A stretch of DNA of 64,000 nt from an uncultured Pseudomonadales bacterium. GTDB lineage: Bacteria > Patescibacteriota > Microgenomatia > UBA1400 > MFAQ01. A program made the position numbers and the translations under genes. The notes beneath the pieces were generated by a model. The model searched no databases, was not told where the DNA came from, and worked only from the letters and a program-made list of their open reading frames with translations. The DNA is taken from the NCBI GenBank assembly GCA_964487665.1, contig CAZARR010000005.1, forward strand, positions 100 to 64,099, read 5' to 3'. Positions within the stretch are counted from its first letter, which is position 1. Every line of letters starts with the position of its first letter. This document shows positions 31,375-41,633 of the stretch, piece by piece.

Positions 31375-31998
31375 TCAAGCAGCGTACAAACTTTCTACTA
31401 TGTGAAAAAAAAATGTATCAAGTGCAAGTTTTTTGTTAACGTTGGATTGTAGATCGTTTAGTAAGTGTTGGAGGTGTAAAAATATATTTTTTTTACGAAA
31501 CCCCTCCTCCGGAATAGAGTTCTTAACAAGACCTTCAATAAGTTCATCTGGGTTGCTAGTTTTCTGAATCAGATCAGTTAACGAGATAGCGTCGGAGTAT
31601 GTTTTTGGTAGCACATATTTATCAATTGGGATTTTTTCTGCGGTGGCGTAATTAGAATACTTTTTTAGTTGGCAGCGAGATGTTATTGTCGGAAGTAGTT
31701 GGTGTGGATTGGTGGTTAACATGATAATCAATTTCTCGGTTGGACATTCTTCTAAACACTTGAGAAGTGAGTTTTGTGCCGGTATTGATAATAAATCGGC
31801 GGGGTAAATTAGGTGGATTTCTAGTTCGAGCTTCGAGTTTAAAAGGCTAAGTTTGTTTTGAAGAATTTTTATAGAGTCGATCGAAATAAGTTTGTTTTCA
31901 ACGGTGGTAACTGAAGATATGGCTATGCCCGGAAAAAAATTACTGACGATTTGGTTGGGGTTTTCAATATAATGACAGTGGATGATGATAGGAGTCAT
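31375..31998 (-). CDS. holB: DNA polymerase III delta-prime-like protein (reduced)
   Basis: AQNSLLKCLEECP, LLPTITSRC, NVNKKLALD. Confidence 0.75.
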   Translation of the reverse strand: MTPIIIHCHYIENPNQIVSNFFPGIAISSVTTVENKLISIDSIKILQNKLSLLNSKLELEIHLIYPADLLSIPAQNSLLKCLEECPTEKLIIMLTTNPHQLLPTITSRCQLKKYSNYATAEKIPIDKYVLPKTYSDAISLTDLIQKTSNPDELIEGLVKNSIPEEGFRKKNIFLHLQHLLNDLQSNVNKKLALDTFFFHIVESLYAA

Positions 31999-32019
31999 AT
32001 TGTCGAGTATACTGTAATT

Positions 32020-33777
32020 ATGATTCCTGCCCAGGATAATTTGCTTACGGAGTTGGTTCGAGCAGGGTTGTTGGATCAGCAGTTGGCGGAGCAAATAAAA
32101 ATAGAGTTGGCCAGAGGTGGGCGTACCGTGGAGGAGTTGGTAAAGGAAAAAGGTGTGACTGATGAGCAGCTAGTAAAAGTAAAAGCTGAGATGATGGGGG
32201 TTCCGAGTTTTGACGAAAGAATGGTTTCAATGAACCCTGAGGCACTGAATTTAGTACCAAGAGCTTTGGCGGAAAGGATGTTGATTTTCCCGATTACTTT
32301 TGACAGGCAAAGAAATGAGATGGGTGTGGCGATGGTGGACCCCAATGATGTAAAGACAATCGAGTTCTTGACAACAAAGGTGGGTATGAAAATTAAGCCA
32401 TATATGGCTACAAACAGACAAGTAGAAGACTTGATTAATGAAAAGTATTCTCAAGGGTTATCAGGGGATATTTCGGATGTACTTAGAGGAAGTAAGGAAA
32501 ATATTAACAAGGCCAAAGGGGGAGTTTCGGTCGTCTCATCTGACGAGCAGGTAATAAAACAGCCGACTGTTGTTCAGGTGGTGACGAGAATCCTCGAACA
32601 TGCAGTGCGCTCGCGAGCCAGTGATATTCACATTGAGCCTCAGGAGAATCGTATAAGAGTGAGATATCGAATAGATGGAATTTTACAGGAACGTTTGGAG
32701 TTGCCAAAAGATTTGCATGCGGCGGTCATTTCAAGAATAAAGATCCTTTCGGGGATGAAGATTGACGAAAAAAGAATTCCTCAGGACGGCCGTTTCACTT
32801 TTAGTTTGGATGATCGGGATATTGATTTGCGTATTTCTTCGCTGCCCACTATTCACGGAGAAAAAATTGTTATGCGTTTGCTGGATAAGTCTTCGAATGT
32901 GCCCAGTTTACAGGATTTGGGACTTCGAGGGGTGGCATTGAAAAATTTGGAGATGGCGATCGCAGTTCCCCATGGTATAGTGTTGATTACTGGTCCTACT
33001 GGTTCAGGAAAGACGACGACGCTTTATTCTTTGCTTACAAAAATAAACACGTCAAAGGTAAATATCGTAACCTTGGAGGACCCTGTCGAATATCAAATGC
33101 CAGGGGTAAACCAGGTCCAGGTAAACCCACAGGCTGGGTTAACCTTTGCCTCTGGACTACGGTCATTTTTGAGGCAGGATCCAAATATAATAATGGTCGG
33201 TGAAATCCGAGACGAAGAAACTGCAGATTTGGCTATTCAAGCATCACTTACTGGCCATTTAGTTTTTTCGACTGTTCATACTAATTCGGCTGCTGGAGCA
33301 CTTCCCCGTTTGATAGATATGAAGGCTGAACCTTTTTTGTTGGCAAGTTCGATAACTGCGATTGTCGGCCAGCGCGTTGTAGGGAAAATTTGTCCGACAT
33401 GCAGAGAGTCATATGTTCCCGAGCCGGCAGTAGTTCAGGATATTAAAAATACCTTGGGGAGCATGTATGACTCATGGGTCAACGCAAACCAAGAAAAAAA
33501 CATGCCTGCTCAGAAAAATGGTGCTGAATTTTTGCTATATCGAGGTAAGGGCTGCGAAGAATGTGACAATGTTGGTTATCTGGGCCGAATCGGTATTTAT
33601 GAGGTGTTGATGGTAAATGAAAAAATAGGTAAATTGATAATGGAGCGTTCGGACGCCGACAACATTGAGAAGACCGCCGTTAGCGACGGAATGGTATTAA
33701 TGAAACAGGATGGGTATTTGAAGGTGTTAGAAGGAATTAGTACTATTGAAGAAGTTTTAAGAGTGGCACAAATATGA
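32020..33777 (+). CDS. pilB: Type IV pilus assembly ATPase
   Basis: ASDIHIEP, GPTGSGKTT, RQDP, GEIRD, CxxC pairs. Confidence 0.95.
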   Translation: MIPAQDNLLTELVRAGLLDQQLAEQIKIELARGGRTVEELVKEKGVTDEQLVKVKAEMMGVPSFDERMVSMNPEALNLVPRALAERMLIFPITFDRQRNEMGVAMVDPNDVKTIEFLTTKVGMKIKPYMATNRQVEDLINEKYSQGLSGDISDVLRGSKENINKAKGGVSVVSSDEQVIKQPTVVQVVTRILEHAVRSRASDIHIEPQENRIRVRYRIDGILQERLELPKDLHAAVISRIKILSGMKIDEKRIPQDGRFTFSLDDRDIDLRISSLPTIHGEKIVMRLLDKSSNVPSLQDLGLRGVALKNLEMAIAVPHGIVLITGPTGSGKTTTLYSLLTKINTSKVNIVTLEDPVEYQMPGVNQVQVNPQAGLTFASGLRSFLRQDPNIIMVGEIRDEETADLAIQASLTGHLVFSTVHTNSAAGALPRLIDMKAEPFLLASSITAIVGQRVVGKICPTCRESYVPEPAVVQDIKNTLGSMYDSWVNANQEKNMPAQKNGAEFLLYRGKGCEECDNVGYLGRIGIYEVLMVNEKIGKLIMERSDADNIEKTAVSDGMVLMKQDGYLKVLEGISTIEEVLRVAQI

Positions 33778-34835
33778 CAGGATCAGTAATTACCCTATTA
33801 AAGAAAACAGTAGAACTAATGGGTTCTGATCTGCACATCTTGGTTGGATCGCTTCCAACTTTTAGGTTGAATGGAAAGTTAGTAAGTTGGGAGGAGGGTT
33901 CGGTGACGGAGATTGAAGATGTCGAAAGGTGGATAGGTGAGATCGTCAACGCAGAACAAAAAGAACGATTATTGAAGGAAAAAGAAATTGACCTGTCTTT
34001 TGATTTGCCCGGCGTTGCTAGATTTAGAGTGAATATTTATACCCAAAAGGGCACATACGCCATGGCATTTCGGGTGGTACCAAAGTTAATTAGATCAGTT
34101 GATGACTGGGGTTTACCGTCAATATGTCACAAATTTGCCCAATTGAGACAAGGTTTTATTTTAGTGGTAGGGCCAACGGGGCACGGTAAGAGTACCACCT
34201 TGGCATCGATCATTGAGGAAATAAACCAAAACAGATATGAACACATAATTTCGGTTGAAGACCCAATCGAATTTGTTTATGAAAGCAAAAAGTCAATTAT
34301 TTCACAGCGTGAGTTAGGTGGAGATACAAACTCGTGGGGTGTGGCCCTAAAAAGTGTCTTGCGTGAGGACCCTGATGTGGTACTTGTTGGTGAGATGAGA
34401 GACCCAGATACGATGGCTGCGGCAATTACTTTGGCCGAAACAGGCCATCTAGTATTTGCTACTTTACATACCAACTCGGCCTCGCAGACGGTAGATCGAA
34501 TCATCGACAGCTTTCCTGAGCATCAACAAGATCAAGTTAGAACACAACTGGCTTCAACATTAGAGGCCGTGCTATCGCAAAGACTTGTTCCCACCCTAGA
34601 CGGCAAAAGGGCGGTGGCTACAGAAGTATTGGTAGCAACACCCGCCGTTAGAAATTCGATTCGAGAAAGTAAGGTTCACCAGATTGATAACATTATCAGC
34701 ACCAGTGGCGAGTTCGGAATGTATTTACTCGAGAATTCACTGGCGGAACTTGTTGGTAAAGGATTGCTTGACCCACAAGTGGCAAACACCTACGCGGTTC
34801 GACCGACCGTACTAAGTCGATTGCTTTCGAAATGA
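33774..34835 (+). CDS. pilT: Type IV pilus retraction ATPase
   Basis: GPTGHGKST, LREDPD, AVRNSIRE. Confidence 0.95.
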   Translation: MTGSVITLLKKTVELMGSDLHILVGSLPTFRLNGKLVSWEEGSVTEIEDVERWIGEIVNAEQKERLLKEKEIDLSFDLPGVARFRVNIYTQKGTYAMAFRVVPKLIRSVDDWGLPSICHKFAQLRQGFILVVGPTGHGKSTTLASIIEEINQNRYEHIISVEDPIEFVYESKKSIISQRELGGDTNSWGVALKSVLREDPDVVLVGEMRDPDTMAAAITLAETGHLVFATLHTNSASQTVDRIIDSFPEHQQDQVRTQLASTLEAVLSQRLVPTLDGKRAVATEVLVATPAVRNSIRESKVHQIDNIISTSGEFGMYLLENSLAELVGKGLLDPQVANTYAVRPTVLSRLLSK

Positions 34836-36034
34836 AGATATTTCATTACAAGGTATCGGGTAAAGAAAATCAAATTTCTGCTGGTGAGCTTGAAGCAAAC
34901 GATTTGAATCAGGCTGCGGCAATATTGATAAGTCAAAAGTTTACTATTTTGTCTCTATCTGAAGCCGCACCCGATATAGTTTCGGAGTTGAGTGCCAGGT
35001 TTAGTAAGCCCAAACTAGAGGACGTTAGCAACTTTACCAGGCAGCTATCGACTATGGTGGTATCTGGCTTGTCAATAGTCGAAGCTCTAAAAATTTTGTC
35101 CGATCAGGCAAAACCAGCCATGGCTAAAGTAATTAGGCAAGTGGGAGACGAAGTAAGTGGTGGACGAAGTTTGGCCGAGAGCATGGAAAAATTTCCTGCG
35201 GTGTTTAGTCGAGTTTATGTGGCCCTAGTCCGCGCTGGTGAGTCAGCGGGTGTACTGGACAAAGTGCTGTTGAAGTTGGCGGATACATTGGAAAAGCAAC
35301 GAGAATTTAGAGGGAAGACAAAAGGGGCAATGATCTATCCCATTATCGTTGTTTTGGGGATGGTGGGAGTGGGTTTTGTGATGATGATATTTGTGGTACC
35401 AAAAATGACAGCAATGTATCAGGACTTTGGGGCCGATTTACCTGTGCCTACAAAAATTTTAATTGGTGTAAGTAATTTTTTTGTAGGGTATTGGCCAGTT
35501 GCTTTGGCTTTGATGGTAGGAGTTGTTTGGGGGTTACGAAAGTGGGCTAAGACTGATGTGGGTGGGTTAATTATCGAAAAGGCAATGTTCAAGATGCCGA
35601 TAATTGGACCTCTTCAGTTCACGATAATTCTCACTGACTTTGCTCGAACAATGGGTCTTTTGCTTACCGCGGGTATTTCCGTGCTCGAGGGATTGAGAAT
35701 CGTAGCTGACACCATGAGTAGCCGGGTATTCCGCGACGGAGTATATGAGGCTGCAGAGCATGTGGAAAAGGGGTTGAGTATGTCAGAATCGTTGTCACGA
35801 AGCACAAAATTTCCAAGGATTTTGGGACAGATGGTAGCCGTTGGCGAACAGACTGGAAAGGTAGATGAGACTTTATCGAAACTGGCCACGTTCTATGAGC
35901 AAGAGACAGAGATAAAAGTTAAGGCATTAACCACAGCAGTTGAGCCTTTGATTATGTTGGTTTTGGGAATTGGGGTGGCTTTTATGGTATTTGCAGTGGT
36001 AATGCCGATATATAACTTGACAAGTAAGTTTTGA
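34832..36034 (+). CDS. pilC: Type IV pilus platform protein
   Basis: AGESAG, AMIYP, VGEQTG, EP motifs (two T2SSF domains). Confidence 0.95.
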   Translation: MKIFHYKVSGKENQISAGELEANDLNQAAAILISQKFTILSLSEAAPDIVSELSARFSKPKLEDVSNFTRQLSTMVVSGLSIVEALKILSDQAKPAMAKVIRQVGDEVSGGRSLAESMEKFPAVFSRVYVALVRAGESAGVLDKVLLKLADTLEKQREFRGKTKGAMIYPIIVVLGMVGVGFVMMIFVVPKMTAMYQDFGADLPVPTKILIGVSNFFVGYWPVALALMVGVVWGLRKWAKTDVGGLIIEKAMFKMPIIGPLQFTIILTDFARTMGLLLTAGISVLEGLRIVADTMSSRVFRDGVYEAAEHVEKGLSMSESLSRSTKFPRILGQMVAVGEQTGKVDETLSKLATFYEQETEIKVKALTTAVEPLIMLVLGIGVAFMVFAVVMPIYNLTSKF

Positions 36035-36080
36035 TCTATCATATTGATATCTATTGCCCAGAAGGGTTACAAATTAACAA

Positions 36081-36695
36081 ATGTTTAAACAACAAATGAA
36101 GAGAAGCACAAAAGCTTTTACAATGATCGAGCTGCTGATAGTTATTGGTGTTTTAGGCATCTTGGCGGTTGGGGTACTTGCTGCTGTAGATCCGTTTGAA
36201 CAGCTAAAGAAGGCAAGGGATACAAACACCCGGTCTTCTGCGTTGGCCTTACAAACTGCGTTTGTTAGATACTACGCTACCCATGGTGAATTGCCTTGGG
36301 ATAACCTAGGTACGGGAGACTGCTTGGCCTTGTTTGGCGCTGCAAATAGAAATGCAAGTGCTATTCCAACCGGCGTTGCTGCTGACGATGAGACAAATCA
36401 TATGACTGGATCCGCCACGTCGTGTATTTCGTTGCTCGAGGCGGATGGGGAGTTAAAAAGTAATTTTGTTGAGGCTCTTGGTGGAGCCGCGGCAAGTATG
36501 TGGATAAACTCGCCAACGAGAGCTCATGTTTCCGTTTGTTTTGCCCCCCAAAGTCGGTCAATATTTGCCGAGGAAAATACGAAATTTGATCAGGCAGGGG
36601 TCGACCAAACAACCGCGCAAACAGTGGCCTGTACGACAGCTTTGAAGGCAGCTGGAACTAGTGCGATTGGTACTTGTTTTTACTGTGCGATGTAG
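36081..36695 (+). CDS. Type IV pilin, likely the major pilin
   Basis: KA-FTMIELL N-methyl site; followed by its own terminator. Confidence 0.85.
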   Translation: MFKQQMKRSTKAFTMIELLIVIGVLGILAVGVLAAVDPFEQLKKARDTNTRSSALALQTAFVRYYATHGELPWDNLGTGDCLALFGAANRNASAIPTGVAADDETNHMTGSATSCISLLEADGELKSNFVEALGGAAASMWINSPTRAHVSVCFAPQSRSIFAEENTKFDQAGVDQTTAQTVACTTALKAAGTSAIGTCFYCAM

Positions 36696-36722
36696 GGTTG
36701 CCGAGTTAATACGAAATAAAAC

Positions 36723-36746
36723 AGAGGGGTGAGAGCCCCTCTTTTT
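36723..36746 (+). terminator. Intrinsic terminator
   Basis: AGAGGGGT-GAGA-GCCCCTCT-TTTT. Confidence 0.8.
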
Positions 36747-36777
36747 GGTTTATAAAGTTTCGCCTATACTATGAATA

Positions 36778-37578
36778 ATGATTTTGCTAATTGGAGTTGT
36801 GTTTGTTTTTGGGCTAGTGTGGGGTAGTTTTTTAAACGTGGTGATCTATAGGACTGCGAAAGGATTGTCCCCTCTTTCGGGAAGGTCAGTGTGCACAAAA
36901 TGCAAGAAACAGATTGGTTGGCGATACAACATCCCTTTGATTTCTTTTCTGTTGCTAGGTGGACGATGTCACTATTGTAGAACCAAAATTAGCTGGCAAT
37001 ATCCGATTGTAGAATTGGTGACGGGATTACTATTCGTGTGGTGGTTTCTGGGCGGACGGGTATTTTTTCAGCTGGTAGGGTCTCCTTGGCAATTAATTCA
37101 GCCCCTCTATTGGCTAGTCGTTGGTATGTTGCTTTTGGGTATCGTAGTTAGTGATTTACGCTTTGGTATAATTCCTGACGCTGTCAATTTGTCTTTGTTT
37201 ACTATAAGTTTATTTTATCGGATTTTATTGTTGTGGGGTGGAAAGTTTAGTCGTGTGGATTTTATTAATATGATAATTGCGGCTGTTGTGGTTGGTTTAT
37301 TTTTTGTTCTCCTTTGGCGAATAACAAAGCAAAGGGGTATGGGTTTGGGAGATGTAAAACTGTCCCCCAGCATGGCTTTGGTCCTGGGTTGGCCCGGAGT
37401 TTTGGTGGGTTTTTTTGTTTCGTTTGTTTCGGGGGCAGTACTGGGGCTGGGTCTAATAATACTTAAAAAAAAACGGTTTGGCCAAACCTTACCATTCGGG
37501 CCATTTCTAGTTTTTGGCATGACTGTTGCCTTACTTTGGGGTGAGCGGCTATGGGGCTGGTACATGACGCTTATGTGA
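36778..37578 (+). CDS. pilD: Prepilin peptidase/methyltransferase
   Basis: GSFLNVVIYR, two CxxC, GMGLGDVKL, PFGPFL. Confidence 0.95.
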   Translation: MILLIGVVFVFGLVWGSFLNVVIYRTAKGLSPLSGRSVCTKCKKQIGWRYNIPLISFLLLGGRCHYCRTKISWQYPIVELVTGLLFVWWFLGGRVFFQLVGSPWQLIQPLYWLVVGMLLLGIVVSDLRFGIIPDAVNLSLFTISLFYRILLLWGGKFSRVDFINMIIAAVVVGLFFVLLWRITKQRGMGLGDVKLSPSMALVLGWPGVLVGFFVSFVSGAVLGLGLIILKKKRFGQTLPFGPFLVFGMTVALLWGERLWGWYMTLM

Positions 37579-37590
37579 TATGCTGGTAGT

Positions 37591-38187
37591 GTGACTGGAT
37601 CTCATAGAGGTTTTACCATGGTGGAGATTTTAGTAGTGATAGGAATAATCGGTATACTATCGTCAATTGGGTTGGGAGCATTTGTGACCAGCCAGAAACG
37701 GAGTAGAGATGTACGTAGAAAATCAAATCTGGCCCAAATTGCTCGAGCATTGGAGTTGTATCAGAATGATTATTCAATTTATCCTAGTTCCGATGAAAAT
37801 GGAAATATTGTCGGTTGTGTCGACAGTCCGGATGGGTTCCCGGTAGCTTGTGCGTGGGACGGGCAACACGGATTTTCTACATATATCAACGGACAGAAAA
37901 CTACATATATGCCAATTTTACCCAGTGACCCAAACAGCTTGCTTAGATATAAATATCAAGTTTCGGTAGACCGAAAAAGTTATGTATTGATGTCGGTTTT
38001 GGAAGTGACTCAGGATAAGGACTATTTTAGTGATATTCCAATATGCGGGCTAAATGGTGGAGAGACCTGCCAGTGTAACAGCTCTGGGTCTTCGGTTGTG
38101 TGTAATTATCAATTGACCGAAGCAGGGGTATTATCCCCATCGGTCTCCCCTAGCCCGCCCCAGGGCGGCGGACCAGGATTTGAATAA
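37591..38187 (+). CDS. GspG-like pilin
   Basis: G-FTMVEIL; RDxxRK, YP, PSDP. Confidence 0.88.
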   Translation: MTGSHRGFTMVEILVVIGIIGILSSIGLGAFVTSQKRSRDVRRKSNLAQIARALELYQNDYSIYPSSDENGNIVGCVDSPDGFPVACAWDGQHGFSTYINGQKTTYMPILPSDPNSLLRYKYQVSVDRKSYVLMSVLEVTQDKDYFSDIPICGLNGGETCQCNSSGSSVVCNYQLTEAGVLSPSVSPSPPQGGGPGFE

Positions 38188-38192
38188 TTTAA

Positions 38193-38630
38193 ATGGATAT
38201 TAAAAAAATTGGCAAAGATAAAGGATTCACGTTAATTGAGTTGTTGGTGGTGATTGGAATTGTTGGAGTATTAACTTCACTTGTGGCTTTTAATTTTCAG
38301 CAGGCGCGACAACGGGCGCGTGATACACAAAGAAAGTTCGAATTAAAGCAGCTACAAAACGCTTTGGAGCTGTACAAAAATGATCAGAATCCTCAGGCGT
38401 TTCCAGAGAATCTAAGTTCTCTAGTGTCGACCTACATTAAGGAATTGCCCCGTGACCCAATTGAAAAAAGTTCGCCCGGTTCTTGGGAAGATTATCAATA
38501 TCTACGAACAAGTTCACTCGAGTACATCTTGAAAGCGTGTTTAGAAAATGCCGGTGACCCGCATTTACCGGCTAACCCGGATGGTTGTGCATCAGATAAG
38601 GGTAAATATTATTTACTAACGCAACCATGA
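38193..38630 (+). CDS. GspG-like pilin
   Basis: G-FTLIELL; ARDTQRK, PRDP. Confidence 0.88.
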   Translation: MDIKKIGKDKGFTLIELLVVIGIVGVLTSLVAFNFQQARQRARDTQRKFELKQLQNALELYKNDQNPQAFPENLSSLVSTYIKELPRDPIEKSSPGSWEDYQYLRTSSLEYILKACLENAGDPHLPANPDGCASDKGKYYLLTQP

Positions 38631-39031
38631 AAAAAAATACTGGTTTTACTTTACTAGAATTATTGGTGGTTATTGGCATAATTGCAGTGATTATAGGTAT
38701 GGGAATAGTTAGTTATTCAGCTACCCAAAAGAGAGGTAGAGATGCAAAGCGAAAAGCTGATTTGGTGGCTATTCAAGCAGCTTTGGAGCAATATTACAGT
38801 CAAAATAGTTACGTTTATCCGAGTACTTGTACTGATGCCGCTAGCTTTTTGGCCACTGCTTGGCCAGTGGACCCTAGTGGTGCAGACTACGTAGGAACTT
38901 GTTCTAGCACAGGATATTGTTTGTGTACTCCAATCTTGTTAGAGGGTGGAAATACTGCCGGGAATTCGAACAACTCATCCTGTGACATGGTTAATTCCGG
39001 ATCCTATTATTGCGTAAAAAATTTACAATGA
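38627..39031 (+). CDS. GspG-like pilin
   Basis: G-FTLLELL; RDAKRKADL. Confidence 0.88.
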   Translation: MKKNTGFTLLELLVVIGIIAVIIGMGIVSYSATQKRGRDAKRKADLVAIQAALEQYYSQNSYVYPSTCTDAASFLATAWPVDPSGADYVGTCSSTGYCLCTPILLEGGNTAGNSNNSSCDMVNSGSYYCVKNLQ

Positions 39032-39402
39032 AGCAGCAGAGAGGATTTACGTTCGTAGAGCTATTGGTAGTGATTACGATCATGTCTTTGTTAATGGCGG
39101 CAGCTATTGTTACCTATTCTGGTTCGGTAAAGAGTGCTAGGGATGCTCGCAGAAAGGCTGATATGGAAACAATTCGATCTGCTCTGGAATTGTGTCGAGC
39201 CAAAGATGGAAGTTATCCGGCGAGTGTAGTATCAGGCTCCCCTATTGTTTGTGGGGGCGAAACGGTACTGAGTGTTGTGCCAACTGATCCGCAGGGAGCA
39301 GCACATCCTTATGGATATAGCCGGAGTTCCCCGACTGTGTACACTCTAACTTGTACTTTTGAAGTGATTGGTAATGGAACGTGTTCGTATACACAGCCAT
39401 GA
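39028..39402 (+). CDS. GspG-like pilin
   Basis: G-FTFVELL; ATGA overlap at 39028. Confidence 0.88.
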   Translation: MKQQRGFTFVELLVVITIMSLLMAAAIVTYSGSVKSARDARRKADMETIRSALELCRAKDGSYPASVVSGSPIVCGGETVLSVVPTDPQGAAHPYGYSRSSPTVYTLTCTFEVIGNGTCSYTQP

Positions 39403-39875
39403 ACAAAGCGTTCACTCTGATCGAATTACTGGTTACTAGTGCGATTATTATGGTAATTATAGGAGGGAGTTTGGTTGCCTATCATAGTTTTTCAGACAGG
39501 CAGCAGGCGCAAGCTGAATCTAAAAATATAGTAGAGCACCTACGTAGAGCTAGGGCAAAGGTTGTTACGGTGGAGGTTCCTCAGGTGATTTCTCTTGTCG
39601 GCCTAAGGGGTTTTGAGGTGACTTTTTCTGAGAATCAGGTGAGTAGCGAATACGTGGCGAACAATGGTACACGCGGTCCCAGTGGTATTTTGCCAGTTGA
39701 GATTGTAGATGGGCGAATTGTATCCACAGGAAGGGTATTTTTTTCAGCTCGGACTGGCATCGCTGATACTGCTACAAATATTGATTATTGTAGAGGAGCA
39801 AATAACCAATACAGAATAACGATTAACAGTAATGGCATCATCGATGATCCAATAGAAACTTACGTGGGATGTTAG
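39399..39875 (+). CDS. Minor pilin (FimT/GspH-like)
   Basis: A-FTLIELL; ATGA overlap at 39399. Confidence 0.82.
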   Translation: MNKAFTLIELLVTSAIIMVIIGGSLVAYHSFSDRQQAQAESKNIVEHLRRARAKVVTVEVPQVISLVGLRGFEVTFSENQVSSEYVANNGTRGPSGILPVEIVDGRIVSTGRVFFSARTGIADTATNIDYCRGANNQYRITINSNGIIDDPIETYVGC

Positions 39876-40279
39876 CAAAAGGACAAAAAGGGCAAACGTT
39901 AATCGAATTAATGGCTGCAGTAGCGATATTAGCCGTGGCTGTGGTCGGTTTGTTGTCGGTATTGACGGTATCGCTGAAGACAGGTAGAGTGTCTCAGGAT
40001 CGAGGGACAGCCACGAGTCTGGCAGAAGCGGAGTTGGAAAGGGTCAGAAATGTGCGAAACTCTGACCCTGTCTCTTTTTTTAGTCCCGCCTCTAGTTTGG
40101 TCACTGAGCCATGCGGATTGGATGTACCTAGTGGTTTTGGTTGTGAAGTTACGTATGAATATGAGGGGGGGTCGCCTCCTATTTATAATGAGGTAAAAGT
40201 AAGTGTTAACGTAAACTGGAGTGAGGCCGGCAATGATGAGCGTGTAATGGTTAGTTCAAACTTAACAAAAAGTGAATAA
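39869..40279 (+). CDS. Minor pilin (PilV-like)
   Basis: G-QTLIEL; AEAELERVR; VSVNVNW. Confidence 0.8.
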   Translation: MLAKGQKGQTLIELMAAVAILAVAVVGLLSVLTVSLKTGRVSQDRGTATSLAEAELERVRNVRNSDPVSFFSPASSLVTEPCGLDVPSGFGCEVTYEYEGGSPPIYNEVKVSVNVNWSEAGNDERVMVSSNLTKSE

Positions 40280-40811
40280 GTTGAGATTGAGAAAGGTATC
40301 TGGTTTTACCCTAGTTGAGTTAGTAGCGGTGATAAGTATTTTGGGTCTGTTAACTGGTGTAGTAACAATGATGATTTCAAAATCGCTACAAGGTTCGAAG
40401 CGATTAGATTATATTCGTGCGCTGGACAGTGGAAGCAAAATGGTTTTCGATAATATCAACCGTCTGTTCCGGGAAGGTACTATTGAGAGCGTTGTCAATC
40501 TAACTGGGGATGTAAAAGACCGACAGGATTGTTTAACACAAGGTCAAGTTACAGCCAAAACGGCTTTAGTAATAGGTTTGGATGGGAACGAAACTAATTT
40601 ATCTGTTGATCTTGATGGTCGGGTTGCATCGAACTCAGGGGCAATTAGTAGCAGTGACATTTCAATATCTAACTTTCGATTGGTCTGGTCGTGTATGCCG
40701 GCTCAGCCGGATGGAATAGAGATTTCGTTTGATGCGAGTGTGTTAGATGATTCAGGGCTAGTGGTTTATGGACCAAGGAGCTATTTGTATCAGGTAGTGG
40801 CAAGAAATTGA
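40272..40811 (+). CDS. Minor pilin (PilW-like)
   Basis: G-FTLVEL; position in the cluster. Confidence 0.8.
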   Translation: MNKLRLRKVSGFTLVELVAVISILGLLTGVVTMMISKSLQGSKRLDYIRALDSGSKMVFDNINRLFREGTIESVVNLTGDVKDRQDCLTQGQVTAKTALVIGLDGNETNLSVDLDGRVASNSGAISSSDISISNFRLVWSCMPAQPDGIEISFDASVLDDSGLVVYGPRSYLYQVVARN

Positions 40812-40858
40812 AGGTCTCGATAAGTGATAAGAATGAAATTTTGATATAGAATAGAATC

Positions 40859-41632
40859 GTGAGTAAGTCTGCCCAAACTGGTCAAGCTGTGATAGTGATG
40901 ATAATGTTGCTTACCCTTGTGGGAGTTGTGGCGATATCAGCAGCAAGTCGTCTAGTACCGGGTTTTCGTGATCAAGAATCGACCAACGAAAGTATCAAGG
41001 CTTTTAAGGCAGCTGAGACGGCCCTAGAGAAGGCGTTGCTGCAAAAAGGGAGTTTAACAGTGCAGGACGATAGCGGCATTAGCTATAAAGCAACTTATCA
41101 ACCGATAGAGGCTCAATCGTTTGTAACTGGGTCAGTAATTGGAAAAAGCGAAGTAATACAGGTTGAAACGGCAAGTAGTGATCCGAGTAAACCAGTTAGG
41201 GTATATTGGTCGAGTGGAAGTCTGTCGGCTGTCAAACTTGCCGATTATTGGGATGATGGAGTAAATAGTGGAGTGACTTATTATAATTTTGATTGTGATA
41301 ATGTTCGTGCTACTAGCAACAAGTTTTCGTTGGGAGAAGCAGGTGAAGTTCTAAGCGGTATAAGTTTTTCGTGCAAAACTCCACAATTAAATTTGAGCCA
41401 AGGCTCCAAAATGTTGAGGATTACTAATTTTTATGCCGATAGCTACATTGGTATAAATGCACAGTACGATATACCAGCGCAACAAGTGGTAGTCGAGGCA
41501 TTGGGTGTGGTTGGGCCGAATGTTCAGGGTGGCGGCGTGTCTAGAAAAATTAGCTATTCCCAGAGTGCTAACAAGAGGCTCCCCTATCTGTTCGATCATG
41601 CAATATTTACCAGTTCTCAACTAGCACAGTAA
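40859..41632 (+). CDS. PilX-like protein
   Basis: G-QAVIV without E5; AFKAAETALE. Confidence 0.75.
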   Translation: MSKSAQTGQAVIVMIMLLTLVGVVAISAASRLVPGFRDQESTNESIKAFKAAETALEKALLQKGSLTVQDDSGISYKATYQPIEAQSFVTGSVIGKSEVIQVETASSDPSKPVRVYWSSGSLSAVKLADYWDDGVNSGVTYYNFDCDNVRATSNKFSLGEAGEVLSGISFSCKTPQLNLSQGSKMLRITNFYADSYIGINAQYDIPAQQVVVEALGVVGPNVQGGGVSRKISYSQSANKRLPYLFDHAIFTSSQLAQ

Positions 41633-41633
41633 T

